In this document: one piece after another, positions 37,358 to 51,711 of the stretch
How the letters are laid out: each line of letters begins with the position of its first letter
Numbering within the stretch: the stretch's first letter is position 1
Source: Camelus ferus
Taxonomy: Eukaryota
DNA length: 64,000 nt
Reading direction: 5' to 3'
Assembly (NCBI RefSeq): GCF_009834535.1
Contig: NC_045696.1
Location: 32,304,001 to 32,368,000 of the forward strand
Translations under genes and position numbers: made by a program
Notes under the pieces: model-generated
What the model saw: only the letters and a program-made list of their open reading frames with translations
The model's database searches: none
What the model was told of the DNA's origin: nothing

Positions 37358-39900
37358 CTTATTCATCCATTCAGTCAAAAAATACTTATAAATCCCCTAT
37401 CTTCCAGACACTGGAGATACAGCCATGAACAAACGAGACAAAAATCCCTGCCTTAACAAACATTTCAGACACTAGACAAACTGATAAGTGAAATATATTT
37501 TATGGAGCAAAGTAGGTGGTATGAAGAGTAACAACGACAGCAAAATCAGGAAGAAGGCTGAAAAAAGTGCCAAAGAGATGAGGAAGGGGGAAGACTAGTG
37601 TTCAGAAAAGGACTCACTGAGGTGGTGATTTTGAATGAAACCCAGCAGGAAGTGAGGGAGTGAGTCACATGTGGACACTTGGAGGAAGAAGATGTAGTCA
37701 GGAGGACCTTAAAAGGCAAAGACTCTGTGGCAAGATTGTGTATGGACTATTTTAAAATGACAAGTAGGCCAGCATGGTTGGAGCTGAATAAATAAGGGAG
37801 AATTTAGTAAGATATAGTAAAGTAAAAATGAATGATGGTTTAATCTGATAGAGTCCCCTGGGCCATTGAAGGGCTCTTTCTAACGAAATAGGAAGACACT
37901 GAAGGATTTTGAGTAGAAGAGGAGCATGACCTGACTTACATTTTGACAAAATCAGTCTGACAGCTGTGTTGCCAGTAAACTAGAGTTATCACAACTAAGA
38001 GGCTACTGCAAGGATCTTACAGAAACATGGTGGTGACGTGCATCCACATGCTTGCAATGGAGGTGGTGAACATGACTAGATTCTGGACGTAGTTTGAAAA
38101 TGTGGCCAGTGGGATATGCTGACTGACTGAATAAAGAACATGAGGAAAAGTAGGAAAGCTGAGAATGACTCTGAGATTTTGATCTGAGCATCTACATGGA
38201 TGACGTTGCCATTTGTTAAGAGAGAGGAAATTAAATGGAATTGTTTGGAGGAGATCAGAATTTTGATTTTCGACATTAGGTCTGAGATAGCTAATAGACA
38301 CTTAATGGAAGTGTTGAATAAACCCTTGGATATGTGAGCTGAGAAGAGGCCCATATGGGTGATAAAATTTATGAGTCATTATCATATAAATGGTAATTAA
38401 AGCCTTGAAACTGGCAGATATCACCAAGGGAGGAATGTACATCAGAGGAGGTTATGTTCAAAGTCTGTGCTCTGAGACATACTAATGTTTATAGGAGAGA
38501 AAAGAGAGAAAATTAAGGAGGAAGTATCAAAGGTGAATGAGAGAAGGAGCCACTGGTGAGGCAGCAAAAGAACAGCAAAGTGAGATGTCACAGAAGCCAC
38601 GTAGAGGGAGTGTTTCAAGGCAGAGCAAAAGATCAGCTGGGCCAGGTGCTATTAGTAGGTCAAATAGAATTGAAATTTCAATTCACTGAGAATTGGAAAT
38701 AGAATTTAACAGTGTGAAGACTATGGGTAAGTGTGACAAGAGCAATTTCATTGACATTGTGAGTTAAAAAGAAAATGGGAAGAGAGGAATTAAAGATAGT
38801 GAATACAGATTTTTTAAAGAGTTTTGCTGAAAAGATAACAGAGAAATTGAGCAATATTTGAAGTGGAGTGAGTTTAATAGATATAGATAGGAGAAATAGA
38901 AGTGTGTCTGAAGCTGTTATAATAAAACAACAAAAAAATAGTTGATATAGGAGAGAGAGGATCAGATTAAAGGAGTGGTGATGTCCTTCATACAGCAACA
39001 TAGGTTATCACCATGATGTCCTAGATCAGACACGAAGGGATGGATTCTAGAACACAAATGGCATGGAGCACAAACCTGAAGTTTAGAGCACAGAACACTC
39101 ATTCACTAAGGAAAGATATCTAAGTGCATGGACATAAATTCAGGATGGCAGGAGACGAGGTGGTGGTGGCTTGTAGAAGATCCTTCCTAATTCATTTTAT
39201 AGTCTAAGGGCTTTGAAAGCAAGATTTTCAGGTGAAAGAAAAGATGTAGAGAAGGTGGAGGAGTTTTGATGTAGACTGAAAAGTTAAAAAGTTCACTCGT
39301 AGGATGGGAGAGAAAGTAGATTCTGGACGTGCAATATTTTTTTATTTGAAGCATTAAAAGTACACTTGAAGTGGATGAGCCTAATCTTACTGAAAATAGC
39401 ATATTCATTTATGTGCTTTTCTTTAGCCACGTTTAACTGTGTGAGTACAGGCATGGGATGGATTTAGAGTTAGGTTTAACTGTGGTTAGGATTTAGCTGA
39501 GTAAGTATGACAGAAGTGAGAAAGGGACAAGGAAGTTGAAGGTACATGCAAGGTAGTGATTACGATGGTAGCCGTGTCACTGAAGTGAATAATGGGGAAA
39601 AAGAGAACTTGTGGGAGTGAGTGACAGTGAAAATGTGGGCGGTTTATAGGTCCATATGCAGTTAAATTAACTTTTTGAAGTCACGTTATTGGAGAAATTG
39701 AGCTGGAGAAAAAGGAAGTATGATTAAAGTGTGGGATTCTTGACACCGAGGAGTCCTTTGGAAGTGCCAGGTAGAGCACACGCCCACCTCCAGGCACAGT
39801 GACAGGATTTTGAAAGAGGAAACTGCTGTTAGAGAACCTCAGGGAAAGACTTGTCTTCGGGTGAGAGCCAAGACTCAGTAAAGAAAGAAGGTAAAGGAAC
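37358..39900 (-). mobile_element. Long L2 (L2a-like) relic, ~2.5 kb
   Basis: Starts at the antisense tail 'ttattcatccattcagtcaaaaaatactt...ctggagatacagccatgaacaaacgagacaaaaatccctgcc' and continues purine-rich with 'ggattttgagtagaagaggagcatgacctgacttacattt', 'gagaatgactctgagattttg'. Distal limit approximate. Confidence 0.88.
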
Positions 39901-40034
39901 TATAAGCATAGTTCTTAATTGGATATTGCAAACAAGAAAGTCACGCTGGCTTTAACTTCACTTGAAAATGTTTCAGGCATATATGTCTTAGTACAGTGTT
40001 TTAGTAACTGCTTTTGTTTCATCTCAGATGTTAA

Positions 40035-40140
40035 GTTTCATCTCCATTCTAAGATTAAAAAAACAATCCAAGTAACATTAAAGTATTTTCTTAGATCATT
40101 CAGCTTGTAAATGGCAGAACTGGGTCTTAGACCCAGGTCA
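40035..40140 (-). mobile_element. MIR fragment
   Basis: 'gatcattcagcttgtaaatggcagaactgggtcttagacccaggtc'. Confidence 0.65.
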
Positions 40141-40164
40141 TGTACACAGTATTTCATCAGAGTC

Positions 40165-40450
40165 TTTTTTTTTTTTTCTAGAGTACAGCTGATTTACAAT
40201 GCTGTTAGTTTCCGGTGTACAACATAGTGATTCAGTTATACATATATATTCTTTTTCATATTCTTTTTAATTATAGGTTATTATAAGATATTGAATATAT
40301 TTCTCTCAGATATACAGTAGGACCTTGTTGTTTATCTATTTTATATATAGTACTTAGTAACTGCAAATGACAAACTCCTAATTTATCTACTTCCCCCCTT
40401 TCCCCTTTGGTAACTGTAAGTTTGTTTTCTATGTCTATGAGTCTGTTTCT
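40165..40450 (-). mobile_element. Cetartiodactyl-type L1 3' end
   Basis: PolyT then 'gagtacagctgatttacaatg...gtgtacaacatagtgattcagttatacat...tacagtaggaccttgttg...gtttgttttctatgtctatgagtctgtttct'. Confidence 0.88.
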
Positions 40451-40589
40451 TCAACATTCTTAATATTTTCCCCCATAGGGCTTAATCAATCTTTTTAAAT
40501 GAGGTGCTGAGAAAGTAATCCAAAGATCATCTACCTAATGCCAGGATTATGGGATGGAACATGTTTTTACTTGTTGCACATGATTCTTA

Positions 40590-41090
40590 CATTTTCTTTC
40601 AATAAGTGAATAGGACTGTGGCCACTGGGGAAATTGCAGTGAACACAATAGACAAATTCCTTGCCTTCGTGAAATTTCATGAAGTATCTGAGGCAGGAAT
40701 TAAGTATGTAATTATGCAAATGAATTTAAAAGTCTACAGCTGTAATAAATTTCAGACAAGTGGTAGCCTGCTTCAAGTGATTGAGAAGGTTTCCCTGAAG
40801 AAGCGGAACTTTAAAAAGTCATCAGTAAAAGTGGTTAGGAGTTGGGGCTGAGTAGAGAGACTCCAGCCAGAGAATCTGTGAAGACTTTGAGATGGGAAGG
40901 ACCTTGGAGTCATGAAGAAAGAAAAAGAAGCCTAGCTATAAAATTTGATCATCAGGGAGGAAGAGACAAGAGACTTGGCTGAAGAGGAAATGAGGGACAC
41001 ATTAAGGTCATTTTATATACTCTATTTTTGTCTAAAAGCTCTAGCAAAGGTTTTGAAACAGAAGAGGAACTTGGGGCATTCTCATTTAAG
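40590..41090 (-). mobile_element. L2 fragment
   Basis: 'gcagtgaacacaatagacaaattccttgccttcgtg', 'gagaaggtttccctgaagaag', 'aaggttttgaaacagaagag'. Confidence 0.7.
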
Positions 41091-43229
41091 AAACTGCCTA
41101 ATTGAATTCCTTCTGAACAATTATGAAAATATGCAACTTGGTATCCAGTGACAGTATTGGATGTTTTTCTTCTATATTTGGCACACTTAAAAATTGCAAA
41201 GGGTACTTAGAAGTTCCTAAGGCAACTTCTAAAATACTTTTACATAGTGCATAAATTGAAGAGTGATTTAGTATATGCCATATTTGCCAGGTTTGGTTAC
41301 CTTAATGATTAATTTTAGTTTTATTTTATTTTGCAATAATTGTCCCTGCTTTCTACAAAAATGTCTTTTTATATGTATATACACATATATGTACATATAT
41401 AAGTATATATAAAATCTGCACATCTTTTTGGATTGCACTTTTATCTTTTTAATGAAAATATAAAATCCATATATACACAAAAACCTTGCATGGGTTTGAA
41501 CATCGTGATTAAGCATTCAGTTCCATTCATTTTCTCGTTGATCTGGCTTCTGCTCTCAAATTGTTACAACTGCATATTTTGCCAAATGTTCTCTTTTAAT
41601 ACATGCATTTGCTAAGTGATTTCTTAGGTGCTGGGCTAACGATCATAGTATCTTTGATTTCCTTTACTGAAGCCAAGGATATATTTAAAAATAAATTAAT
41701 TAATATAAAATTGACCCTGATTTCATGGTTTCGAAGCTATTTTTCTTTTTGAATTGTAGATATAAAGCAGACTTATTTTTCTGACAAGTAACACTTATTA
41801 CAAAGAACCTTAGGGTCATGATGTGTGAACTATAGTATAATATAAAAATGAGGACTATTATTGGTATTTCCGAATAATTTAAAATTTCTTTGTCAAGCAG
41901 TGACCCATGTACTAACATTTTTGTCAGTTAGTCAAAGCAGATCACTATTTTCAAGGAAAAAATGAAGATACTTGTTTTGCAATGATATCTCACTTTTATG
42001 GTGTTAATGTTATACAGTGAAATGTTAAGATATATAATCATTTGTCAGTATCTCCTACAAAGAAAAACAAAAAAACAAGCAAACACACAGGAGTGTGTGC
42101 ATGCACACATGCACACAGACACACTTTCTTTGACCTTGATATTAATTTAAGCTTAAATCTTTCTCTTTACTACATTCAAAATGTTTATATCTGTATAACT
42201 TTACATAGCCCTTAATCCTGGCATCTGGCTACAGCAGTCTTTATACTGAAACTATGCACTTCAGTGTAATTGAAAATCACAATTGGAAGATTCTTTAAAA
42301 AGTCCTTTGAATCAACGACACAGCATGGATTTAATAGCTTCTATTATATCCCTGTCAATTGATCACCCAACCACTATTTCAGAATTCCTGATTTCTCAAG
42401 GCCATGCATTCTGTCTTTGACTCCTAGTAACTTCTCCCGTATGTTTAGCAGTAACTTGTCTTCTTGTGCCTTCTCTCAGTTCGAGTTTTCCAACTTGGTC
42501 AACATAATGGCTAGTTTATAGTTCTCATCCACTTTGAACTGCATTTTAAGATAATAATACTGTAAAACTAACTGTATTAAATGCTATGTAAGTAAATGCT
42601 AAGTGGTGGTACAGTATCCTATTTAAAGATCCTCCTTTCTGTGGCTAGAGTTGACTCTTCTATTTATTAAATGTATGGTATTTTTGCCTTTTTAAATTCT
42701 AACTTAAATGATTCTTTATAAAAGTTAGAGTTGGAGAATTAGATGAGTTATAAATGCCTCCCATGAGCCTCTACCATTCCTTCATAAATAACTGTTTCTT
42801 TCTTCTTTTGGTCTAAAATTCTATTATTTTCCTACTGTCTAAAGCTAAGATATTGATGGCCGTGTATGACTCTGCTTCCTGCGCATATACAGGTAGCAGT
42901 CCTGGTGATTCTTCCTTTATCTCTTTATTTCTATTTTTATGAAAACTACCTTTCCCCCACCACTGGCTCCACAAATTCCTTTTTATTTCACTAATTCTAG
43001 TCTCTTTTCTAAAATCTGTGTTATATGTTTGTCCTTGAACTTTACTTAACACATTTAATAAATTAAAAATAATAGGTATCTAATCCCTAAATATTAATCA
43101 TTTTCTTTTTTAAGATTGATCTTTTCAACCAACAGTCACCTATAAATTATCCTCCCCAGTAAACATAACCTGGGCATTATTTCCTAAATATTCTCCCATT
43201 CCCATTCTCAACTCTACAGCGTTGTTTAC

Positions 43230-43530
43230 TCATTATGCATAATGCTGTCTCACTTGTCTCTCTACCCATGTGAACTCTACCTTCATTCTGAAGTACAGTT
43301 CAGGCTACTTTCTGAGCCCTTGGAGGTGTCTCCTTTAAAATTTTAAAGCATGATAAGACTTGTCCTGCTCATTTAGCACGTAGTATTACATTAGTTACGT
43401 TGATATTTTAAAATTTTGTATCTGTTCCTTTCTTCCAAAATATATCTTGAATCCTCTGAAGTCACATATATTATTTTATTCTTCTTTATCTTTGTATGCC
43501 TAACATTGTGCTTTAGAAAACATACTGTTA
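43230..43530 (+). mobile_element. L2 3' fragment
   Basis: 'gtgaactctaccttcattctgaagtacagttcagg...attcttctttatctttgtatgcctaacattgtgc'. Confidence 0.55.
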
Positions 43531-43601
43531 TTTTTGTTTATATAGTACCTCAGACTCTCCTCCTAAGCAGATGTATTTCCAGGAATGGACTGATGTTGAT
43601 G

Positions 43602-43633
43602 GTGTGTGTGTGTGTGTGTGTGTGCATGTGTGT
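43602..43633. repeat. (TG)n microsatellite
   Basis: Seen directly. Confidence 0.95.
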
Positions 43634-44576
43634 TAGTAGTTTTAGGAAAAGTAGGAATGTTTTAAGCACCATTGCAAAATGTTTTATTTTTATAAATAGA
43701 TATATGTAAATATACCTGTAAATATATGTAGGTATACAAATGTTTTACAGATTGATAAATTGATAGATTATCTTTTATATGTTGAAAATATTTCTGACTT
43801 AATGTGAGCAGGTTTACAACCCCAGTTACGGAATATCATATAATAGTACTGGACTGTGACCTTGACTTTTCTACCTTGACTTTTCTACTGCACTACCATA
43901 GTTGTGCAGATTTGATCAAATTTTGGAAATTCATATAGCTTATAAATAAATAATTATAGCACAGTTGTTCAATAACAAACAAGGTGTGTAAACATGGCTT
44001 ATATTGAAGTGTCAAGAGTAGGAAATATGCTTTCATTTAAATCAATAAATAAAAAGTAATGGTGATTTACCACTGGGGCATAAATGTAGCATGTACTTTT
44101 CGGTAGTATAAATCTCTGCCATAGAAATCCCAGTCCCTAATCACTTCTATAAATATGTTATGAGATTCTAGAGTTCACGACAGTCTTGTACTCTTGGCAA
44201 CCTTTCTACTGAAATAAATGAATTGGTCTGAATACACTGTAATAATGAGTCAGGGACACTCAGTGCAAACAAGCCAGGACACTTTTACTCACTTTCAGGT
44301 TTTGACAACTGAAAATACACAACTGATACTTGTATTAATCATCAAAATATTATGTTAGGGGATATAATCATTTTTTTCTAAAGGAGATTCAGTGTGTATA
44401 TGTTGATCTTTTTTTATTAATGGGAATGTCTAGATATATCTTTTTGAGGAAATAAAATTTAAACTTTTGTTAGATTCAATTTTATATATCCTCCTGAAGA
44501 AACATTTCTTTATTTCTCCATGTTTATGAATTTTTAAGCTTTTTATTGACAAGGTCTTTTATTATGTTTATTAAGT

Positions 44577-44752
44577 CAGTGCTTCTCTTACTTTAATATT
44601 TATTGATTACCAATTTTTATTAGTAATAAAATTAGTAATTTCATCTAAAGTGTTTATTAAGATTTCCATTTTAAGAGTGTGAATTTCAGGAGTACTGAAA
44701 TGAATATCTGAATATTTTAAAGGTCCCCGTGTAACCAAGTGAGAAGTGTTAG
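44577..44752. mobile_element. Possible hAT-Charlie MITE relic
   Basis: Ends 'cagtgcttctc' and 'tgagaagtgttag' resemble decayed Charlie/MER5-type TIRs; interior not recognised. Confidence 0.3.
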
Positions 44753-45654
44753 GGTAGAGCAGTAGGAAATTTTTTAACATATGTAAACTTTCAGGGCATT
44801 GAAGAAAAAATAAAAATTGACAGTAATACAGAGAATAAAAATTCTACATCCTTAAAATTTTTAAATGCAATTCTAATTTCAGATATTTGATAGTTCAAAC
44901 TATTTCTACCTTAGGTAATTTTGTAATCTTAGAAATGTTGTTTCTAAAAAGGATAAAAATCATAACTTTCCTGGACCGTATGTTAATTTCTTTTTATGTT
45001 TAAGAAAATTCTTGAGTGTGGAAAGCATGTAACAGTGAAATGATGAAGAAAGAGTGCATGGAAATCATAATACAAAACACTGTAATAGCAATAAAAAAAA
45101 ACATAGTGCAAATTTCTATGATCAGAATAGGGTGTGAAGAGGGAACTCCGAAGAAATTTTAAACACAGGAACCATAAATTCAAAGCCCCTTTAAACCATC
45201 ACATACACACACATATCACAACCAACACCAAGCATTTTCTGAGAATAGAGTCTTAAACAGGTTATTTGCCTGTGAGGATTCCAAGAATAGAATATGGGGT
45301 ATCTAATATAGCACATATAGGAGGAAAGCCAGAATCATAGAAACAGGAACCAAGATTAAATAAGAATGCCCCTTATCACAGACATAGTAGAAATAATTTA
45401 GAAAATAGGAACTTCACAATTTCTTCTGGCATCCTCAGAGTTTGTTAAAAAAGTAAAAAAATTAACAATTGAATAAACAGGATTTAAGACTAATACCTGT
45501 CATAAGGTTCAATAAATTTCCCAGAAAGTAAAACAAAAAAGGAACAATGATAGAAAATATGAAACAAAAGAGAGAGGATAAATATGAAAATTCCAACATC
45601 AGTATAATGCAGGTTCTGCAGGAAGAGAAGAGGGAAATGGATATGAGAAAAAAT

Positions 45655-45693
45655 ACACACACACACACACACGCACACACACACACACACACA
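45655..45693. repeat. (CA)n microsatellite with one interruption
   Basis: Seen directly. Confidence 0.97.
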
Positions 45694-46069
45694 GAGGAAT
45701 TTTGGTTACATTGAGTTCACATGCATCTTTAAACAAGAAGTGAAAGACAAATATGATTAAAATAACTTTAGCTCAAACCTTCCTGTTACTTTATCTTACT
45801 CTCTTTCGTTTCCCAGACATTCCCCCTGCCCCAATAGACATGTTGTATGAAACTCAGTTTCGTGGCTTTGCGTCTCTTTTTTTCCCCAAAGTATTTATTC
45901 TGCCACTTAGCACTTTATAATCAGACTGCAAATGGGGATAAGTGTATAAATTGTATTGAAAAACAGAGTGCAAATAAAAATCAACAAAAGCGAAAGCCCA
46001 GGAAATATATGTAGTATTTCAGTTTTGTTAGTTTTTTACATTTTTATATGATACAAATGCTATTTTGAA

Positions 46070-46071
<2 letters not shown>

Positions 46072-46112
<41 letters not shown>
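46072..46112. repeat. Perfect (AC)20 microsatellite
   Basis: Seen directly. Confidence 0.97.
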
Positions 46113-46117
<5 letters not shown>

Positions 46118-49100
46118 ATATAATGGTGTTCACATTCCAGGGTAATTTTTCTAAACTAAAATAGAATATACATCTTCAGATTGAAAAGGCCCACCAGTGC
46201 TTAGCAATGTGAATTAAAACAAAACAGGAAAAATGAAAGGAATAAAGAAATAAAAGATAAAAAGAAAATTCCAATTTCATGATAGTTTAATAAGAGATTA
46301 CTAAAACTGAATGATTATCTTACTGCTATTAAAAAATTTCACCAGCAATGGCAAGTACTACAGAAGGAACAAGGAAAGTATTTTCTCTGTTCCAAATAAA
46401 AGCAATAATTTTTGTTTAGTGTCACATAGTTAGCAAAGCAATCAAAATAAAAACAAAATTCTAGACAAAACTGAAGATATATTTATTGAAGGATTTTGGA
46501 AATATGCCTCCTATGCACTTCACATGGAAAGTATTAGCTAAGGAGTTAGTAGAATCAAAAATAATTACAAGAAAGAAAATGACACGAAATAGCAAAATAC
46601 TGGTCGTAAATAAGTCCAGTAAAAAGAAACTAAAACCAAAGAGAATCTTCAATCCATGATCTGGGATGGAGCATAAGTTAGTACAACCATTCAGAAATGT
46701 ATTTGTCAATGTATGTAAAGAGTACATAAAATATTTAAAACTTTTGACACAGTAACTTAAGATAATTGAAAAATCAAAGATATAGGCAAATATCATAGCA
46801 CTAACTCAAATAATAAAAATAACTCTGAAAAACAAAGATGCAAATAGGTAAATGACATCCCAGTTCAAATATTATTTAAAATTGTGGCCATGTTATCAGA
46901 AAATATTCTCAAGACCTATTAATCAAATTTATCTCTGGAAGTTTTCTATTTCAAAATCAAATTTACAAATGATATTTGTGACTAGAATATTGTTTCAATT
47001 TTTGTTTTTAAATAATGGATTAAGGTAACACATCTCATAGAGTCAAATATGCTTTAGAGAACTTTTTAAAGAGTGGCAAACTGTGTTAATTGCTCATTTA
47101 AACACATTTAAGCAAGTGTGAGAATAATTTTATGCATATGATGATGCAGTGAAATAGACTAAGCTCTTTGTGTTTTTGAAGAACTCACTAAATAGGTTCA
47201 ACATTTTAATCATGTTGCATCAAATTATTATTTGACTGCTAAATCTACCTAAAAAAAAAATCAACAGGACTTCTTAGAATGGTTGAATAGCTGCAGATTT
47301 TGTATGTCATACCCAACATGTCTAAAAGCTTTCTCTCATTATGCAAAAAGTCATGAATAATCAGGTCAAGGCAGTATGCAAAGAAAATTATCAGACTGTG
47401 AAACTAAGGGAAGGCCTATTAGGCACAAGCTGTACACCTGTTTGCTCGTTTCTCACTTTAAATGGTTTGTCGTTCTGTTTATAAAATCTCATTACTCTGA
47501 GAGTTCTGTGAGTGAAGAAAAAATAATCCTAAAATAAATCCTACTCAACAGTAAGGCAAATTATATTTACCTGAAGAATTCTTAAAAATATAGCTAACCT
47601 ATACTTAAAATGTTACATGTATGAAATATATAGGAAACATATTTTAAAATTTATATTTCAACATATATAGAATAAAACTTTTTTACTATAAAATACTGAC
47701 CAATTCTAATATGAAAATCTGTCAATTAAAAAAAATTCTAGACAGTGTTATATAAACCAGAGTCAATGCTTGCCAAAATACTTCAAATATAGATATAATT
47801 CTCCCTTAAACTTAAACCTACATAGATTGCAACAAACTAAATGTGAGGTGTTATTCTATTTAGTCCTTTTACATACTGTTATTATACAGACATATTCTGC
47901 TAAGACTATACCTCAAAATAGGAATATTTCTGTTTCAATTTCATATTGTACATATCCAGCATAGTAAAACAGTAATAAGTAAAGCATGCACAATTCTTCT
48001 GTAAATCCTCAAAAAAGTCACAGATGTGAAGATTTGTACATAACATGTACATACTAGAGATTTATATTTATGTACATAGGAAGTTAAATTTTATGTGCAT
48101 GGAATAATGATTTCCTTTGATATATTTGGCAAGTTGTTATATTTTATATTTTAAAAATATGTTTGAGTCTAACTTTTTTAATTGAAAAATTTCTAATATT
48201 ACAATGTGACTTTTTGTTTCTAACTTTTATTTTTCTGGAATTATTACATTTAATAATATTGGTAGTACTATTATAGAAAATTAAAATAAAATATTTCCAC
48301 AGAAATTTCACATTTTCATGGATGCATTTTTCTAATACTAGAATCTGTAAATTTATTCTACTTATTCAATTCTTTATTGTTTAATTCTGTAAATGTAAGG
48401 ATTGCACATGAATTATGCCTATGCACCAAAAAACAGTTATTTTCAAGAAATAGAGATACTCTTAGATTCACATCATAAAGCAAGCAACAAAGATTCATTA
48501 TTTACTAAAAGACTGGTATATCTGATATTTGCATTTATAGTGCTGTATTACTTGCATATGCTAACTTATGCATTCGACGAACATTACACTTTAGTTGGTC
48601 TTTTATTGTGGTTCTCACCAATGCTGTGACTTGTTATATTTAAAGTGTGAGACACTTTATGAAAAAAGCGTGCAGCAAATGAATCCTATAATTTGCCTCA
48701 GATTTGTTTATAATATATCTGTGATGCACATTATGCTTTTAGATTGTGAAATTGAGCCAATTTAATATGAACTAGAACAAGGTTTACTGAGAGATTTGAG
48801 GACAACCAAGTAATAATTTGGGAGCAAGTCATAACCTAGAGTTTGCAGAATTGCTTATCAAAGCCTCTGAAGAAGGAGTCTGGAAATATCAGTAAAAATT
48901 GCCAAAGCAAACATTTGAAGCTGTGACAATAATTTACTAATGGTGTTGAGTCTGTGTACATGAAGAAGTGGATATTGTAATAGCTTAATAAAAGATGACC
49001 AGAGGATTAATAATATTGAACTCCAGAATGTAAGAGAGGTTATACCCGATGAATACATTTTAAAGTTTCAAATCTGATGATTAAACTATATAGAGTAGAA

Positions 49101-49199
49101 TCAATAACTTAAAATTTGACAAGAAGGCCCAAATTTTCTTTCTTGAGAACTGGGTTGAATCGCATTGTCCCACTGATTGACAGAATAAGTTATAAGGAT

Positions 49200-50040
49200 T
49201 GCTGAGGGAGCAGCATTCCAGGTAAAGAGAACAGCAAGTGATAATATTTAGAGACAGAAGTTGGCCTACATTATTCAAGATTTGGTAAAAAAGATTCCAA
49301 ATTTTACTAATTGGGATCATCAGAGCTACTGAGCTGGTGAATAGGGGATTGATATTGATGTAGTAAATCATCTCATGGGGGAGGTAGGGAAAAGTCAGGG
49401 AAGGAGTGTGGGAGCAGCAGAAGGCAAAGGCATGACATGATGTTGCACTGGGAAAAGAGCTGGCTGCTGTGTCCTATGTAGACTGTAGGTAGAGGAGTAA
49501 AGAGAGGGCAGTGGAGGAAGCAAGCGGATCACTTTGTAGGCTACTGAAGTAATTCGGGAGAAAAATGGTGGTTTCTGGGGTAAAGAGGTAGCGCTGAGAT
49601 AAGATGGTAGTAAGATACTGGCTGTATTTTGAGGGTGGTGGAGACAGAATTTACTGATGCCCTAAATGTGGAGTATGAGAGAAGGTTCAGGGATGGTTTC
49701 CAGGTTATTGGAGAAAGCAATTAGAAGTGCAAAACTGCTGTTTATTGACTGTGGAAGAATTAAGATTTGAGGTTTGGACAAACATGGTTTAAGAATCCTA
49801 TTTGATATTCAAGTGGAAATAGTAAATATATGAATCTGGAATTTAGAGGTGAGTTCTACCTGGAGATACAGATTTTGCTATTTTCAGCACATGTATGGTA
49901 TAAAAGTCAACGTGATTATAACTGATGACTGAGAGATCAGTGAGTGTAGATGGAGAAGTGGCCTGAGGACCAAGACCCAGCATATACAGAGAGAGACGTA
50001 TTGTGGCAAGGAAAGTGGGAAAGGCACTGGAAACTGTCTC
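49200..50040 (-). mobile_element. L2 relic
   Basis: 'agcattccaggtaaagagaacagcaagtg', 'aggctactgaagtaattcgggag', 'gtattttgagggtgg...gacagaatttactgatg...aatgtggagtatgaga'. Confidence 0.82.
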
Positions 50041-51371
50041 AATGCTGAAGGAAGTTATGTGGATCATATTTAGAACTGAGTTAAAAAGTAAAGATGAAAG
50101 CTTTGTAATTAAAACTAAATGACCACAGGTAATTTAACTTGGGATAGAGAAGTAACTGAAGTTACTGAAATTTGCATCACAATTTACAATGAGTACAAAA
50201 ATTAAATTATGGTTGCAAATTACATACAAATAAGATCTAAAGATTGCTGTCATTTAACTTTTAGTCTTGAAGCTAGAAAGCACTTTAGCTACATTTTCTT
50301 AAGTATCATTTGATAACTAAAGCCCAAATAAGTTAGTTGATTGCTACTAATTGGCCTAGTCTTGAGTCTTATCTTTCTGAGTATAAATTGCACTTTTTTC
50401 TTTATTGTCATGTGTTTTGTGCTAGAGGTATGGGTGGGATATTGTCTATACTAACATATAATAAAAGGTTAAAAAAACAAGTTTTATGATTTCAGAATGT
50501 ATATTTTAGTTATTATTTAGTATCGGTAATTTGAAGTCCTAGAAATTTACACTAAAGAACCAAACCAGAAAGATCCAAATTCCTAGAAGCCTTCTTGAGA
50601 GTCACTCTTTCTGATTAACGTCTTTGGAGTAGACAGAATTTAACGGGACAAATAGCTTCAGATTTACTGTAGTCCTGCTCTCAATTGAATTGGTGGCAAC
50701 GTCTTGAATAAGTAATAAAAATGTAATCAAACCAATAAGGAGTTAATTAAATCTGCTGTTAATATTATCGTTGCATTGTTTCCCATCTAATCCTTTGACA
50801 AATTCCGAACTTTAAACTACTGGGGCAATACCCTGTATCTGTATCCTGTCTCTTCCTTTTTCAAGTTAGTCACTAATGACTGTCCCTGAAAGTAACACAT
50901 TGTTCTTTGAATAGGCTATGCATCCTGATTTTTGATCATGAAAGAAATTTTACGTTCACTTTTCTTAATAGCCTTATCAGGCAGTTTCGTATTCTGTGTT
51001 GCCTAACTTGTATCTTAATGGGGAAATGGGATTGTTTGGCTTGCTAATTATAGTAATAATAATTGAACACTCAAGAGATTTCCTCTCGTTCTCTTGTCAG
51101 AATCAATTTCCTTTAAAAAATAGATTATTCATTTGTATTTATCAGTCCTGTGGCATCAAAATAATAACAAAGTCATTCTTCTGATTGTTTATTCCAAATA
51201 CGCAAGGACCTTATTCTTCTGGATATTTGCCATTATTAATTATTAGGCAGTTGAGAACTAAGTATTTCACTTTAATAATTATAGAATATGACTGCATGAA
51301 GTGTTCCAATTATTATTTCCTGTACATTTCCTGAAGAAAATTATATTGATACACTATAAAGAAGCTACCAC

Positions 51372-51572
51372 TAGCATAGAATTCAATCAGTCCTAGCTTT
51401 TAAATCTCAGATCAAGCTCTTGCTAGTTAGAGACTGCGAAATCACAAAAACTTTCTGAACTTCGGCTTCCTCATCTCTTAAACTGGTACAGCATTCTACC
51501 TTGGAATATCACTGTGAGACTTTGAAGTAGTGTAAAAAGGACAACTAGTTAGAGACAGGAATATACTGAATT
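51372..51572 (+). mobile_element. MIR SINE
   Basis: 'cctagcttttaaatctcag...ctttctgaacttcggcttcctcatctcttaaactgg'. Confidence 0.7.
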
Positions 51573-51711
51573 ACAACAGGTAAAGTAAAAATGCCTTCTG
51601 TGTAGAGCAATCTGCAACCATTACCATTTGTAAGCTTTTAGAAATGTACTTTTTCCTCTATATTTACATGGATGATTTGAATTTGGTTTTGGTTAGTAAT
51701 TGTTGTTTTAA

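Larger units (their letters stand above)
45400..46900 (+). mobile_element. Ancient L1ME/HAL1 relics (ORF1-like and ORF2-end-like pieces)
   Basis: A-rich; 'tccaacatcagtataatgcaggttc', 'cttcagattgaaaaggcccacc' (ORF1 'QIERAH'-like) and 'gatggagcataagttagtacaaccatt' (ORF2 end). Confidence 0.6.

Noticed and set aside
40150..40462. TSD around the L1 at 40165-40450
   Set aside because: The flanks (tcatcagagtctt / tcaacattctt) are too dissimilar to call.
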